A model generated the notes under the pieces. It was not told the DNA's origin and did no database searches. It worked only from the letters and a program-made list of their open reading frames with translations. Shown in pieces: positions 1-12,198 of a stretch of DNA of 64,000 bases. The translations under genes and the position numbers were made by a program. The stretch is from Squalus acanthias. Lineage: Eukaryota. The DNA is taken from contig JASTWF010000035.1 in NCBI GenBank assembly GCA_030390025.1, positions 558,001 to 622,000 of the forward strand, in the 5' to 3' direction. How positions within the stretch are numbered: the stretch's first letter is position 1; every line of letters begins with the position of its first letter.

Positions 1-811
1 CTCACGTGAGGTGGCTGATCGGTCCCCGACAGAGAACTTCGGAAGAGGAGACGAGGAAGAGGGGAGAGAGTAAAACAAAAAAGAAACATAAGAGCGGCCT
101 TGGGCACTGAAAGAGTTACTGAACGTGAGAGATTACTACAGACCGTCTGCCTTCGAGGTGAGATGACAGAAGGAGCATTTATGCCGAGGCCTGTTGCCGC
201 TCATGTAAGTAGTGTTAATGCATTATGACAAATTGCTAATTGGGCAGAAAGATCCGAGGGCCTTTTTGTTGTTGATGTGAAGAAAAAGTAAAAAAAAATT
301 GGTGTAAGCCTGGTTTCCTCAACCGCATCGATAGGAGGTCAAGCATACCACGCACACCACTGTACAGATTATATTATTATTGTAAAACAAGGAAAACAAA
401 CCCTCGACCCCCATGCCCAATAATTCAACCTTGATTTGTGGAATGACAATAGTCATTAGGCTCAACCACAACAATGCAGCCGGGGACACAATGGGCCATC
501 GGCAAACTTTTGACCTCTAAACTCTGTGCAACCTAGCAGAGTTTAGTACGCCTTGCCCCTCTCGTGTGATAATGCCCATCCAGCCTTGTCTATCTCCCAA
601 GCAGCAGAGAGGGGAAGGTAATCTGCATTATTCAACAGATGGAAATGATTTGCCTTGATAGTTTTTGTTGGCTATGAAGCTGCATATTTTTCCAAATAAA
701 AGAAACAACTTTTGAAATCTGTTGTATTTTCACTGATTGTGATCTAGTTTTGGGGAGGTTGGGACGGAGGTATATTGCGCCATTTACTGAAGGGCATGTT
801 TGCCCTTTTAA

Positions 812-1238
812 AAAAAGAAAAAAGACTTGCATTCATACAGCGCCTTTCACGACCACCGGATGTCCCAAAGCGCTTCACAGCCAATGAAGTACTTTTTAAA
901 GTGGAGTCACTGTTGTAATGTACGGAAAAGCCTATTTGCTCACAGCAAGCTCCCACAAACAACAATGTGATAAATGACCAGATAATCTGTTTTTAGTGAT
1001 GTTGGTTGAGGGATAAATGTTGGCCAGGACACCAGGGAGAACTCCCCCCTGCTCTTCTTCGAAATAGTGGCCGCGGGATCTTTTACATCCACCTGAGAGA
1101 GCAGACGAGGCCTCGGTTTAACGTCTCATTGGAAAGACGGCACCTCCAACAGTACAGCACTCCTTCAGCACTGCACTGGAGTGTCAGCCTAGATTTTTGT
1201 CCTCAAGTCTCTGGAGTGGGATTTGAACCCACAACCTT
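812..1238 (-). mobile_element. Deu-domain SINE (SacSINE1/AmnSINE-like), head truncated
   Basis: Deu-type core (aatgtgataaatgaccagataatctgttttt...gagggataaat), B-box-like ggatttgaaccc, L2-like tail; similar copies at 5278 and 6480. Confidence 0.7.
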
Positions 1239-2154
1239 AATGGAAGCGCAAGACATCATATCATGGCCCATTTGTGCCCTGACCGTTACTCCTTGATTGA
1301 TTTTGTCTTTTCCCCTTCCTCTTTTTCATCTTGGCGTTGACCTCAGTTTCGGGTTGCAACTCTGATTGGAAATATCACCTGACCTCCCGCCCTCTGACCC
1401 TGGTCAAACTGTCTTCCTTTTTTCCCCATCTCCAATATTTTTTAAATGAGTAAACAAAATTGCTCAAAGAAAATAAAAAAGAAACAGAATTGTTCTCCTG
1501 GGTGTGATTTTTCTCCTGGGTGTTAGCTCACAGCAGGGTCCTGGAGATGAATCTTTCGTTCCTGGAGACGCCAGGGTAATCAGTAACTCTACCCCAGCTA
1601 TGGGCCATGGCTCAGTGGAGTGCACTCTTGCCTTTTAGTCTTTGAACTCCACTTCATGGCATGAACACAGGGCCTAGGTTCACTCCAGTACAATACTGCA
1701 TTGTTGGAGGCACGGTCTCACATGAGGGCTCATTTCCCCCAATTGGGGTTGTATTTTAAAATTCATTCACGGGATGTGGGCGTCGGTGGCAAGGCCAGCA
1801 TTTACTGCCCATCCCTAATTGCCCTTGAGAAGGTGGTGGCGGTGAGCCGCGTTGAGCAGAGCTCTGAGGATGTAACAGAATCGGTGGATGATGGTAATTA
1901 ATATGGTTGAAAGCATTTCATTAAATTCTTCGCAAAAGACTTGTGGCTAAAATGAAAGCTCGTGGGAGAAGAAAATTAGGTAATAAATTGGAAAAGTGTG
2001 GTGATCAGTGGAAATGTTTCTTAAGAAATGGTCTGACAACATTGCTCATTTCTATTTGATCGGTGCAGGCACTACTATGGCCAATGCTGCTCTAATACTT
2101 GCTCTCTTTTTCCTCCTAAGCTCCAAATGTATTATCTATCCTACACCTTTACTT

Positions 2155-2925
2155 CTATTCATTCTCGGGATATGGGCATCGCTAATAAGGCCGGCATTTA
2201 TTGCCCATCCCTAGTTGCCCCTTGAGAAGGTGGTGGTGAGTCATCTTCTTGAACCGCTGCAGTCCGTGTGGTGATGGTACTCCCCCAGTGCTGTTAGGGA
2301 GGGAGTTCCAGGATTTTGACCCAGCGACGATGAAGGATCGGCGATATACTTCTAAATCAGGATGGTGTGTGACTTGGAGGAGAACTTGGAGGTGATGGTG
2401 TTCCCATGCGCCTGCTGCCCTTGTCCTTCTAGGTGGTAGAGGTCGCGGGTTTGGGAGGTGCTGCCGAAGAAGCCTTGGCGAGTTGCTGCAGTGCATCTTG
2501 TAGATGGTACACACTGCAGCCACGGTGCGCCAGTGGTGGAGAAAGTGAATGTTGAAGGTTGTGGATGGGGTGTTGATCAAGCAGGCTGCTTTATTCTGGA
2601 TAGTGTCGAGCTTCTTGAGTGTTGTTGGAGCTGCACTCAATCCAGGCAAGTGGAGAGTATTCCCTCACACTCCTGACTTGTGCTTTGTAGATGGTGGAAA
2701 GGTTTTGGGGAGTCAGGAGGTGAAACACTCGCCGCAGAATACCCAGCCTCTGACCCGCTCTTGTAGCCACAGTATTGATGTGGCTGGTCCAGTTAAGTTT
2801 CTGGTCAATGGTGACCCCCAGGATGTTGATGGTGGGGGATTTGGTGATGGTAATACCGTTGAATGTTAAGGGGCGGTGGTTAGACTCTCTCTTGTTGGAG
2901 ATGGTCATTGCCTGGCACTTATGTG
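2155..2925 (-). mobile_element. 3' fragment of a CR1/L2-group LINE (RT C-terminus and 3' tail)
   Basis: Broken ORFs LGVTIDQKLNWTSHINTVATRAGQRLGILRR and KLDTIQNKAACLI; same 3' tail at ~1760-1850, ~6340-6400 and 9466-9565. Confidence 0.75.
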
Positions 2926-3230
2926 GCTGACTAGCAGTTTGGTACAACTGAGTGTCTTGCTAGTGCACTTCAGAGGGCTGTTGTCAACCATGTTGGAGTG
3001 GAACTGGAGCCACATGCAGGTCAGACTGAGTAAGGACGGCAGGTTTCCTTCCCTAAAGGACATTAGTGAACCAGCTGGGTTTTATTAGAACAATCATGGT
3101 CACATTGACTGATTTTTACCAGATTTATTTTTATAAATATAATTCCAATTCTCAAACTGCCATGGTGGGATACGAACTCAAATTCTGTGGCTTACTAGTC
3201 CAGAAGTTTAACTAGTAAACTACTGTATCC
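2926..3230 (-). mobile_element. Degenerate tRNA-derived SINE
   Basis: Core ttccttccctaaaggacattagtgaaccag plus B-box-like ggatacgaactc; related fragment at ~6960-7150. Confidence 0.5.
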
Positions 3231-3819
3231 CTTACTAAACTGTTTCTGTGTGTACCTGGCTGATTGACTGGGAGCTCGTCCCCACTGCATTCCATATAGT
3301 CTGGTCACTTCCACAATCGGAATAAGCTCCTTATGTCTTTTTCCCAATGCACGGGGAGCAATGAGTCACCTGGGGGGGGTGGGGGCGGGGGGGGCGTTTG
3401 GCCAGTGAATCTGGAGCACAGCAGTGCTTAAAGGGCCGGAGGGGACTGGTAACTTTTGAGGCAGAGGGAGGTCCTCTAAACAGTGCCAGAGTACAGCAAG
3501 CGTGGCAGGAGATGGCCATTCGTGTGACTGGTTCTCTGTGGTGCACCGCGCGTGGGAGCAAGAGAGGAAAAGGCCGGTGAAGAGTGCCAAGGTTTGGAAG
3601 ACCAACAAAAGCAAGGGGATGGCTGGACTATGCAGGCATCAAGAATTCAGCCCATCATCTGCAAAGAACTAGACCCACCTCTCACTGCTTAAACCTCCTA
3701 ACTATCTAAAGCTGCATCTCCAAAGTGCACCTCCAAAGGGATGGCCTTTCTTCAAACCCCGCTCCACAACTAGAACTCTAAGCTGCCACTTCCGTGTGCT
3801 GCTGTGGCAGTGCTGCAGC

Positions 3820-4218
3820 AACAACAACAACTTGTATTTATATAGCACCTTTAAACTAGTAAAACATTCCAAGGCGCTTCACAGGAACGTTTCAGACAAA
3901 ATTTGACACCGAGCCACATAAGGAGATATTAGGACAGGTGAAAGAGGGAGGTATTAAGGAGCATCTTAAAGGAGGAAAGAGAGGAGAGGCGGAGGGGTTT
4001 ACGGAGGGAATTCCAGAGCTTAGGGCCCAGGCAGCTGAAGGCACGGCCACCAATGGTGGAGCGATTAAAATCGGGGAGGCTGAAGAGGCCAGAATTGGAG
4101 GAGCGCGGAGATCTCGGAGGGTTGGGGGGCTGGAGGAGGTTACAGAGATAGGGAGGGGCGAGGCCATGGAGGGATTTGAAAACAAGGATGAGAATTTTAA
4201 AATCGAGGCGTTGCTGCA
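3820..4218 (-). mobile_element. L2 LINE 3' end
   Basis: RLDFKILILVFKSLHGLAPPYL...GGRAFSCLGPKLWNSL followed by a (TTG)n tail. Confidence 0.8.
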
Positions 4219-4219
4219 T

Positions 4220-4475
4220 GGTCAGAGGTCCTTTGGGTGAGATGTTAAACCAAGGCCTCATCTGCATGTTCAGGTGGATGTAAAAGACGCTCTGAACATT
4301 TTTTTCACGAAAGAACAGGGGATGTTCTCCCAATGTCCTGCCCAACATTCCTCCCTCCATGAACACCATGCCCAAAACAGATTGGCTGGCTGTTCCTCTC
4401 ACTGCTGTTTGTGCGAAAAATAACTGCTGCATTTGCCTACAAAAACAGCACTTAATTGTGTGTGAGCTGCTTCTA
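4220..4475 (+). mobile_element. Diverged Deu-domain SINE fragment
   Basis: Reverse-complement similarity to the SINE at 812-1238. Confidence 0.55.
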
Positions 4476-4649
4476 AAGTTTTGCTCAAAACGCAAATTAT
4501 TTTCCAATAATCTGTCACCAAGGAAACAAGCAAAGCTTGAGAAGCTATGGGCCTGCATCCCATGAGCTTGAGGACTTAGAGGACATGAGGTTCGGTAATG
4601 GAGGAACTCAAATGATATCAGTATCATTAATGTAAAAGTTTGCAGATCG

Positions 4650-4805
4650 GGCTGGGAATTGGAAGTATACTTGAAAAGGAAGAATTTGCAGGGCTCTGGG
4701 GAGAGAGCAGGGGGAGTGGGACTAATTGGATCGCTCTTTCAAAGAGCCGGCACAGGCACAATGGGCTGAATGGCCTCCTTCTGTACTGTAAGATTCTATG
4801 ACTAT
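4650..4805 (+). mobile_element. CR1 LINE extreme 3' end
   Basis: ggggagtgggactaattggatcgctctttcaaagagccg...gaatggcctccttctgt...gattctatg, nearly the same as 11620-11760. Confidence 0.7.
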
Positions 4806-4807
4806 AT

Positions 4808-5075
4808 GGTGATGTAGAAACTCAGAGGAGATCAGGATGGTGATGTAGGACCTTAAAGTGATCAGGTTGGAGATGTACGACCTTAAGGAGATCATGTTGG
4901 TGATGTGCGACCTTAAAGCGATCAGATTGTTGATGTAAGGCCTTATAGGAGATCAGGATGGTGATGTAGGTCCTTCCAGGAGATCAGGTTGTTGATGTAC
5001 GACCTTAAGTTGATCCAGATGGTGATGCAGGACCTTATAGGATGTCAGATTGGTGTTCTAAAACTTCATAGGAGA
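4808..5075. repeat. Degenerate ~30-31 bp minisatellite (~8 units)
   Basis: Recurrent gacctta(a/t)aggagatcagg(a/t)tggtgatgta. Confidence 0.75.
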
Positions 5076-5277
5076 TTATAGGATAACACAAGAGGTCAAG
5101 TTGGTGGTCAGGTTAATGTTAATAGTTAATCAGACTAAAAATCTCCCACTCTAGTATAACGTTTCTGAATCAATATTAGAATGAACACTAAGGTGATTGG
5201 GACTTGCACAGTAGGAGAATGAGTTGGGTTGGGAGATAATCTGTGGAGGTCAGCACATCGATGTTGAATAGGATAGA

Positions 5278-5690
5278 TGAAAGAAAGAAAGAAAGACTTG
5301 CATTTCACGACCTCAGGACGTCCCAAAGCACTTTACAGCCAATGAAGTACTTTTTGAAGTGTAGTCACTGTTGTAATGTGGGAAACGTGGCAGCCAATTT
5401 GCGCACAGCAAGCTCCCACAAACAGCGATGTGATAACGACCAAATAGTCTGTTTTTTTAGTGGTGTTGATTGAGGGATAAATATTGGCCCCAGGACACCC
5501 GGGAGAACTCCCCTGCTCTTCTTCGAAATAGTGGCCGTGGGATCTTTTACATCTACCTGAGAGAGCAGACGGGGCCTCGGTTTAACGTCTCATCCGAATG
5601 ATGGCACCTCTGACAGTGCAGCGCTCCCTCAGTACTGCACTGGGAGTGTCAGCCTAGATTTTTGTGGTCAAGACTTTGAAGTGGGACCTG
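5278..5690 (-). mobile_element. Deu-domain SINE
   Basis: Closely similar to 812-1238, with (GAAA)n tail. Confidence 0.75.
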
Positions 5691-6479
5691 GAGATGGCAG
5701 GGAAGATGAATACTCTTGAGATTTGCTTAATTAACTTTAAGGATCGGGCAGCATTCATGAAGAGATTAAATGAGATGTGGTAGACTCCATGGAGGCGATG
5801 GGATTAACAGGGTAGATGGCGTATTCTCATTCCATCGTTCCTTAAGTTCTTATCGTGAAGTAAATAGCCTTGGGAGAGGGTTGGTTTGCTCTTAATCTCA
5901 GTTGACACACTTCACCATCAGTGCATTCCAAGAATGCCGATATCACTGACTATTGACATGTGCTGGAAATTGGACTGGACTGATGCCAGTTGCCATTGTA
6001 TTTCAGTAATTAGGGCACAATGATCAGGAATCATATTCAGGAGCTCTGCTCCCACCCGCCAACTTAAACATCCTGTGAGTAGGAAGTGGGTGCTGAACAT
6101 GGGCCAATGGGGAAATCTTCGCCTGCACAATGCCCCATTATTGAAACGCGCCCCTGCGCTCTTCAAACTGAGAGGTGATGAAAGAAAGAATTTGCATTTA
6201 TCTTGCACCTTATTCCGTCTCTCACAAACATCCCAAGTGTGCAAGAAAATGCTTTCAAGCGCAGTCACTTGCTATCATATGATTTTATCACACAACAATG
6301 CCAAAGAATGAATAAGCAGTTAATCTTGTTTTACATTTTTGTTTATGGGATGCGGGTGATGCATCGAAGCTGAATTTATTGCCCAACCCTAGTTGCCCTG
6401 GAAGGCCTTGTAATTAGAAGATGGTTGTCACGGGCCTTCTGCAATTGTTTAAGAAAATAAAGATTGTCAAACATACAGC

Positions 6480-6910
6480 AACTTTCACACCCTCAGGACG
6501 TCCCAAAGCACATTACAGCCAATGAAGTACTTTTTGAAGTGGAGTCACTGTTGTAATGTGGGAAACGCAGCAGCCAGTTTGCGCTCAGCAAGCTCCCACA
6601 AACAGCAATGTGATAATGACCAGATCATCTGTTTTTGGAGATTGTTGATTGAGGGATAAATATTGGCCCAGGACACCCCTGCTCTTCTTCAAATAGTTCC
6701 CTGGGATCTTTTACGTCCACCTGAGAGGGCAGTCGGGGGCCTCGGTTTAACGTCTCATCCGAAAGACGGCACCTCCGACAGTGCAGCACTCCCTCAGCAC
6801 TGCACTGGGAGTGTCAGCCTGGATCATGAGCTCAAGTCCCTGGAGCGGGACTCGAACCCACGACCTTCTGACTCAGAGGCGAGAGTGCTACCCACTGAGC
6901 CACGGCTGAC
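6480..6910 (-). mobile_element. Deu-domain SINE with tRNA-derived head
   Basis: Minus-strand head GTCAGCCGTGGCTCAGTGG...GGGTTCGAGTCCC (A and B boxes) followed by Deu core. Confidence 0.8.
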
Positions 6911-7356
6911 ATGCAATTGGCTTGTGCTCCTCGGGTAGCACAAAAAGTCAACCGTGTAGTTTGGCACTGGCGTCATGTGCAGGCCAGACTGGGTAAGGGT
7001 GACAGGTTCACTTCGCTGCAGGGCTTTAGTGAGCCAGGGGGACAAGCCGTCAACTTCCACGGCCATTTTCTGGAACCAGCCTACAGATGAACAAATGTTC
7101 ACACTTTGCCATGGTGGGATTTAAACTTGTGACCTCGGAGTCACTGGTACAATTCCAAACCGGCGACCTCTACCACCTGGAAGGACGAGGGCAGCGGACG
7201 CATGGGAACACCACCACCGCCAAGTTCCCCTCCAAGTCCTGGCCACACCATCCTGACTTGGGAAATATATCGGCCGTTCCTTCATCGCCGCTGGGTCAAA
7301 ATCCCTAACAGCACTGTGGGAGTACCTTCACCGCACGGACTGCAGCGGTTCAAGAA

Positions 7357-9465
7357 ACATGGAACTACAGAATTTGTTCATCACAGTGTGGCATAAGAAT
7401 AAAACAAAAAGGGTGACTCAACCGTGGCTAACAAGGGAAATTAGGGATAGCATAAGATCCAAGGAGAGGGCATATAAATTGGCCAGAATAAACGGTAACC
7501 CTGAGGATTGGGAGCAGTTCAGGATTCAACAAAGGAGGACAAAGGGATTAATTAAGAGGGGGAAAATAGAATATGAAAGTAAGCTTGCAGGGAACATAAA
7601 AACTGACTGTAAGAGCTTTTATAGATATGTGAAGAGAAAAAGATTAGTGAAATCAAGTGTATGTCCCTTGCGGTCAGAAGCGGGGCAAGTTATAATGGGG
7701 AACAAAGAAATGGCAGACCAATTAAATGCATATTTTGGTTCTGTCTTCACAAAGGAGGACACCAATAACCTCCCAGAGATGTTGGAGAACATAGGGTCTG
7801 ATGAAAGGGAGGAACTGAAAGAAATCAGTATTTGTAGGGAAATGGTGTTAGGGAAATTGATGGGATTGAAGGCCGATAAATCCCCAGGGCCTGATAATCT
7901 ACATCCTAGGGTACTTAAGGAAGTGGCCCTAGAAATAGTAGATGCATTGCTGATCATCTTCCAACATTCGATGGAATCTGGAACTGTACCCATGGATTGG
8001 AGGGTAGCTAATGTTACCCCACTATTCAAAAAGGGTGGTAGAGAGAAAGCGGAGAATTACAGACCGATAAGCCTGACATCGGTATTGGGGAAAATGCTAG
8101 AGTCCATTATAAAGGATGTAATAGCTGAGCACTTGAAAAACAGTGACAGGATCGGACAAAGTCAACATGGATTTAGAAAAGGTAAATCGTGCTTGACTAA
8201 TCTACTGGAATTTTTTGAGGATGTAACTGGGAAAATAGATAAGGGAGAATCAGTAGATGTGGTGTATTTGGACTTTCAAAAGGCTTTCGATAAGGTCCCG
8301 CATAAGAGATTAGCGTGTAAAGTTAAGGCACATGGGATTGGGGGCAAGGTATTGACTTGGATAGAGAACTGGTTGGCGGACAGAAAGCAGAGAGTAGGAA
8401 TTAATGGGTCTTTTTCCGAGTGGTAGGCAGTGACTAGTGGGGTACCGCAGGGATCGGTCCTTGGACCCCAGCTATTCACAATATACATTAATGATCTAGA
8501 TAAGGGAACTAAATGTAATATCTCCAAGTTTGCAGATGACGCAAAGCTGGGTGGGCGTGTGTGCTGCGAGGAGGATACCGAGAAACTCCAGGATGATTTG
8601 GACAGGTTGGGTGAGTGGGCAGAAGCGTGGCAGATGCAATATAACATGGATAAATGCGAGGTTATCGACTTTGGTGTCAAAAACAGAAAGGCAGACGATT
8701 ATCTGAATGGCAATAGATTGGGAGAAGGGGAAGTGCAACGAGACCTGGGTGTCCTTGTGCACCAGTCGCTGAAGGTAAGCATGCAGGTGCAGCAGGCGGT
8801 GAAGAAGGCAAATGGTATGTTGGCCTTCATAGCGAAAGGGTTTGAGTATAGGAACAGGGATGTCCTGCTGCAGTTGTACAGGGCCTTGGTGAGACCACAC
8901 CTTGAGTACTGTGTGAAGTTTTGGTCGCCTTATCTGAGGAAGGATGTTCTTGCCATGGAAGGAGTTCAGCGAAGATTCACAAGGCTGATACCTGGGATGG
9001 CAGGAATACCATATGAGGAGAGATTGGGTCGATTGGGCTCATACTCGCTGGAGTATAGAAGAATGAGAGGGGATCTCATCGAAACATATAAAATTCTGAC
9101 AGGTCTGGACAAACTAGATGCAGGAAGAATGTTCCCGATGGTCGGAGAGTCCAGAACCAGGGGTCATAATCTAAGGATAACGGGTAAGCCATTTAGGACA
9201 GAAATGAGGAAGAATTTATTCACCCAGAGAGTGGTGAACCTGTGGAATTCTCTACCACAGAAGGTAGTTGAGGCCAAGTCATTAAATATATTGAAGAATG
9301 AGTTAGATATATTTCTTAAAGATAAAGGTATCAAGGGATATGGGGAGAAGGCAGGTACAGGGTACTGAGTTTGGATGATCAGCCATGATCTCATCGAATG
9401 GCGGAGCAGGCTCGAGGGGCCGAATGGCCTACTCCTGCTCCTATCTTCTATGTTTCTATGTTTCT
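7357..9465 (+). mobile_element. 5'-truncated CR1 LINE
   Basis: RT ORF2, 3' UTR, (TTCTATGT)n tail, flanked by AAGAA at 7352-7356 and 9466-9470. Confidence 0.9.
7359..9368 (+). pseudogene. CR1 ORF2 reverse transcriptase remnant with one in-frame stop (TAG 8424-8426)
   Basis: KSPGPD, NYRPISL, QHGF, YLDFQKAFDKV, GVPQGSVLGP and FADD motifs in two same-frame ORFs. Confidence 0.9.
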
Positions 9466-9569
9466 AAGAAGGCAGCTCACCACCACCTTCTCAAGGGCAA
9501 CTAGGGATGGGCAATAAATGCTGGCCTTGCCAGCGATGCCCACATCCCAGAACGAATAAAAAAAAATAA

Positions 9570-10055
9570 CCTGATAGCAAAATACTGCGGATGCTGGAAA
9601 ATTGAAACAACAACAGAAAACGCTGGAAAAACTCAGCAGGCCAGGCAACATCCGTGGAGAGAGAAACAGAGTTAACGTTTCAGGTCGAAACCCTTCGTCA
9701 GAACTGAGGAAAAAGCAGGAAATGAAACAGATAAAAAAGCAAGGGGGAGGCTGGGGGGAGGAATAAAAGAACAAAAGGGGTGGTCTATGGTAAGTAGAGG
9801 CATTAAGAGATGCTCAAGGCAAGACGAGATGGTAATAGGACAGGTTAAGATCCAAAAGGTGGCTCAGAAGTGTGAAGTGTGAAATGCTGGCAGAATGAGA
9901 GACAGCTGCCGTGGGGGGAGAGAGAGAAAAAAGAGGGAAAAGGCATGAACCAAAAGGGTGGATAAAATGTATATGTGGTAGGGGCCGAGGTTATGATCTG
10001 AAATTGTTGAACTCGTTATTGAGTCCGGAAGGCTGTAAAGTGCCTAATCGGAAGA
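9570..10055 (-). mobile_element. Penelope-like element 3' fragment
   Basis: Minus strand encodes IFRLGTLQPSGLNNEFNNFRS* (typical PLE ORF end), then a 3' UTR with a hammerhead motif; homologous to 27520-28006. Confidence 0.75.
9670..9705 (-). ncRNA. Minimal type I hammerhead ribozyme motif
   Basis: AGUU-CUGACGA-A-GGGU(UUCG)ACCU-GAAA-CG-UU-AACU: catalytic core, stem II, loopless palindromic stem III, stem I AGUU/AACU. Confidence 0.7.
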
Positions 10056-10589
10056 TTAGTGTAAAATAACCTTTACACTACCTCTACAGTGTGGTGGTGT
10101 TGGTTGAAAGATTATTGTTGGCCATGGGTGCTGGGAGAGCTTGCTCCTTATCTTCAAGCAGTGCTGTGTGATCTTTAATATCGGATGGTTTACAAGGTAG
10201 AAATTTCCAGGACTGGGTGGCTTGGTTTGCAGCCACAATGGGTGCTAACATTTTTGCACACCTAGCCATATCTTCCTTAGTGATTGGAAACGGGCCAGCA
10301 GTTAGGGGGAAGGAGTTTGATGGCCTTACTGGAAGCTTCGAAAAGGGCAAGTGTAATTCCCAAATCTATCTGAACTTTCCCTCACCCTGGGCTAAATATT
10401 TGGGTGAAGTTTGGACACATCTAACTGCACGTCTCTGGCTTTTGTTTGTGAGCTGTTTACTCTTGATCATCCTTCACAGATGTTTACAAGATGTTGAAGA
10501 CTGTGCATCACCATCAGTCACTTCCGAAAATTCACATTGATGTCGACATTTGTTTTTTGTGTATTTTTGTTGACATGAACTTGAGGTCA

Positions 10590-11098
10590 TCCAAAGCTCG
10601 GCTGCCCCGTGTCCTAACTCGCACCGAGTCCCGTTCACCCGTCACCCCCTGTCCTCGCTGACCTACATTGCCTCCCGGTCCGGCAACGCCCCAATTTTAA
10701 AATTCTCATCCTTGTGTTCAAATCCCTCCATGGCCCTCGCCCCTCCCTATCTCTGTAACCTCCTCTGGCCCTACAACCCTCCGCGATCTTTGTGTTCCTT
10801 CAATTTTGGCTTCTTGTGCACCCCTGATTATAATCGCTCCACCATTGGTGGCCGTGCCTTCAGCTGCCTGGGCCCCAATCTCTGGAATTCCCTCCCTAAA
10901 CCTCTCCGCCTCTCCGCCTCTCTCTCCTCCTTTAAGACGCTCCTTAAAACCTACCTTTTTGACCAAGCTTTCGGTCACCTGCCCTAATATCTCATTATGT
11001 GGCTCGGTGTCAAATGTTGTTTGATAATCGCTCCTGTGAAGCACCCTGGGACGTTTTACTACGTTAAAGGCACTGTATAAATCCAAGTTGTTGTTGTT
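10590..11098 (+). mobile_element. L2 LINE 3' end
   Basis: LAPPYLCNLL...GGRAFSCLGPNLWNSLP...FKTLLKTYLF then (TTG)n; same family as 3820-4218. Confidence 0.8.
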
Positions 11099-11189
11099 TT
11101 GGGGATATTTTTTTTGTTTCCGTTAAAGGGGGGAAGTGGACTTTTCATAACTGAAGATCCCAGGTGAAGGGATGAGGTCCATGACCTGA

Positions 11190-11762
11190 ACATGTCACTG
11201 AATCTTTATAACTCACTGGTTTGGCCTCTGCTGGAGGATTGCGTCCAATTCTGGGCACCACACTTTAGGGAGGATGTCAAGACCTTGGAGAGGGTGCAGA
11301 GGAGATTTACCAGAATGGTTCCAGGGGTGAGGGACTTCAATTATGTGGAGAGACGGGAGAAGCTGTGGTCGTTCTACTCAGAGCAGAGAAGGTTAAGGGG
11401 AGATTTGATAGAGTAAATAGGGAGAAACTTTTCCCACTGGCAGGAGGGTCGGTAACCGGAGGGCACAGATTTTAAATAATTGGTAAAACAAAGCTGGGGG
11501 CGGGGGGGGGAGGAGATGAGGAGAATTTTTTTACGCAGCGAGTTGTTGTGATCTGGAATGCGCTGCCTGAAAGGGCGGTGGAAGCAGATTCAATAGTAAC
11601 TTTCAAAAGGGAATTGGATAAATACTTGAAGGGGAAAAAATTACAGGGCTCTGGGGAAAGAGCAGGGGGGAGTGGGACTAATTGGATCGCTCTTTCAAAG
11701 AGCCGACACAGGCACGATGGGCCGAATGGCCTCCTTCTGTGCTGTATCAATCTATGATTCTA
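11190..11762 (+). mobile_element. CR1 LINE 3' fragment with internal deletion
   Basis: LYNSLVWPLLEDCVQFWAP...LERVQRRFTRM...RRLRGDLIE; WNALPERAVEA; CR1 3' UTR. Confidence 0.8.
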
Positions 11763-11845
11763 AGTTAAATAGAGATGAGGTCAATTGAGTATCAACTGAT
11801 GGAATTGGCTGGCAGGAGTTACTGGGCCTGATCTTTGAACCTTTG

Positions 11846-12037
11846 CATCCCAAAAATGTGAGAAGTCGCACAACACCAGGTTATAGTCCAACAGCTTTAT
11901 TTGAAATCACAAGCTTTCGGAGCGCTGCTCCTTCGTCAGCTGTTATAAAGCTGTTGGACTATAACCTGGTGTTGTGCGACTTCTCACATTTGTCCACCCC
12001 AGTCCAACACCGGCATCTCCGCATCATCCCAAAAATG
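11846..12037. mobile_element. Short Penelope-like insertion: perfect 47-bp inverted repeat around a hammerhead core
   Basis: 11854-11900 is the reverse complement of 11945-11991; minus-strand spacer CUGACGA-AGGAGC(AGC)GCUCC-GAAA-GC-UU; direct repeat catcccaaaaatg at 11846-11858 and 12025-12037. Confidence 0.7.
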
Positions 12038-12198
12038 GGCAGAGGCAGGGTGTAACAGATTGGGCAGGAGTCTGGTTCCTCCCAATCTCTGCCTGCATTC
12101 GCTACTGTTGCAATTCCCAGTTGGGTGTGAGATGGTTGGTGGAAGGTCCCAACCAAAGCAGCCGAGAGTTAAAATGGACGGGTGCAGGATGTTAAGTG

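Larger units (their letters stand above)
7165..9565 (+). mobile_element. LINE 3' end (family of 2155-2925) split by a CR1 insertion: 7165-7356 and 9466-9565
   Basis: ...ctgcagcggttcaagaa / aagaaggcagctcaccacc... joins up once the CR1 is removed. Confidence 0.75.

Noticed and set aside
1..800. Possible host exon or enhancer (donor-like cat/gtaagt, clustered ACAAT motifs at ~445-495)
   Set aside because: No supporting ORF or recognisable homology; motifs too short to call
6840..6910. tRNA gene
   Set aside because: A and B boxes belong to a SINE head continuous with the Deu core
8424..8426. Programmed readthrough in CR1 ORF2
   Set aside because: Single TAG without a readthrough context; most simply a CAG-to-TAG mutation in a truncated copy
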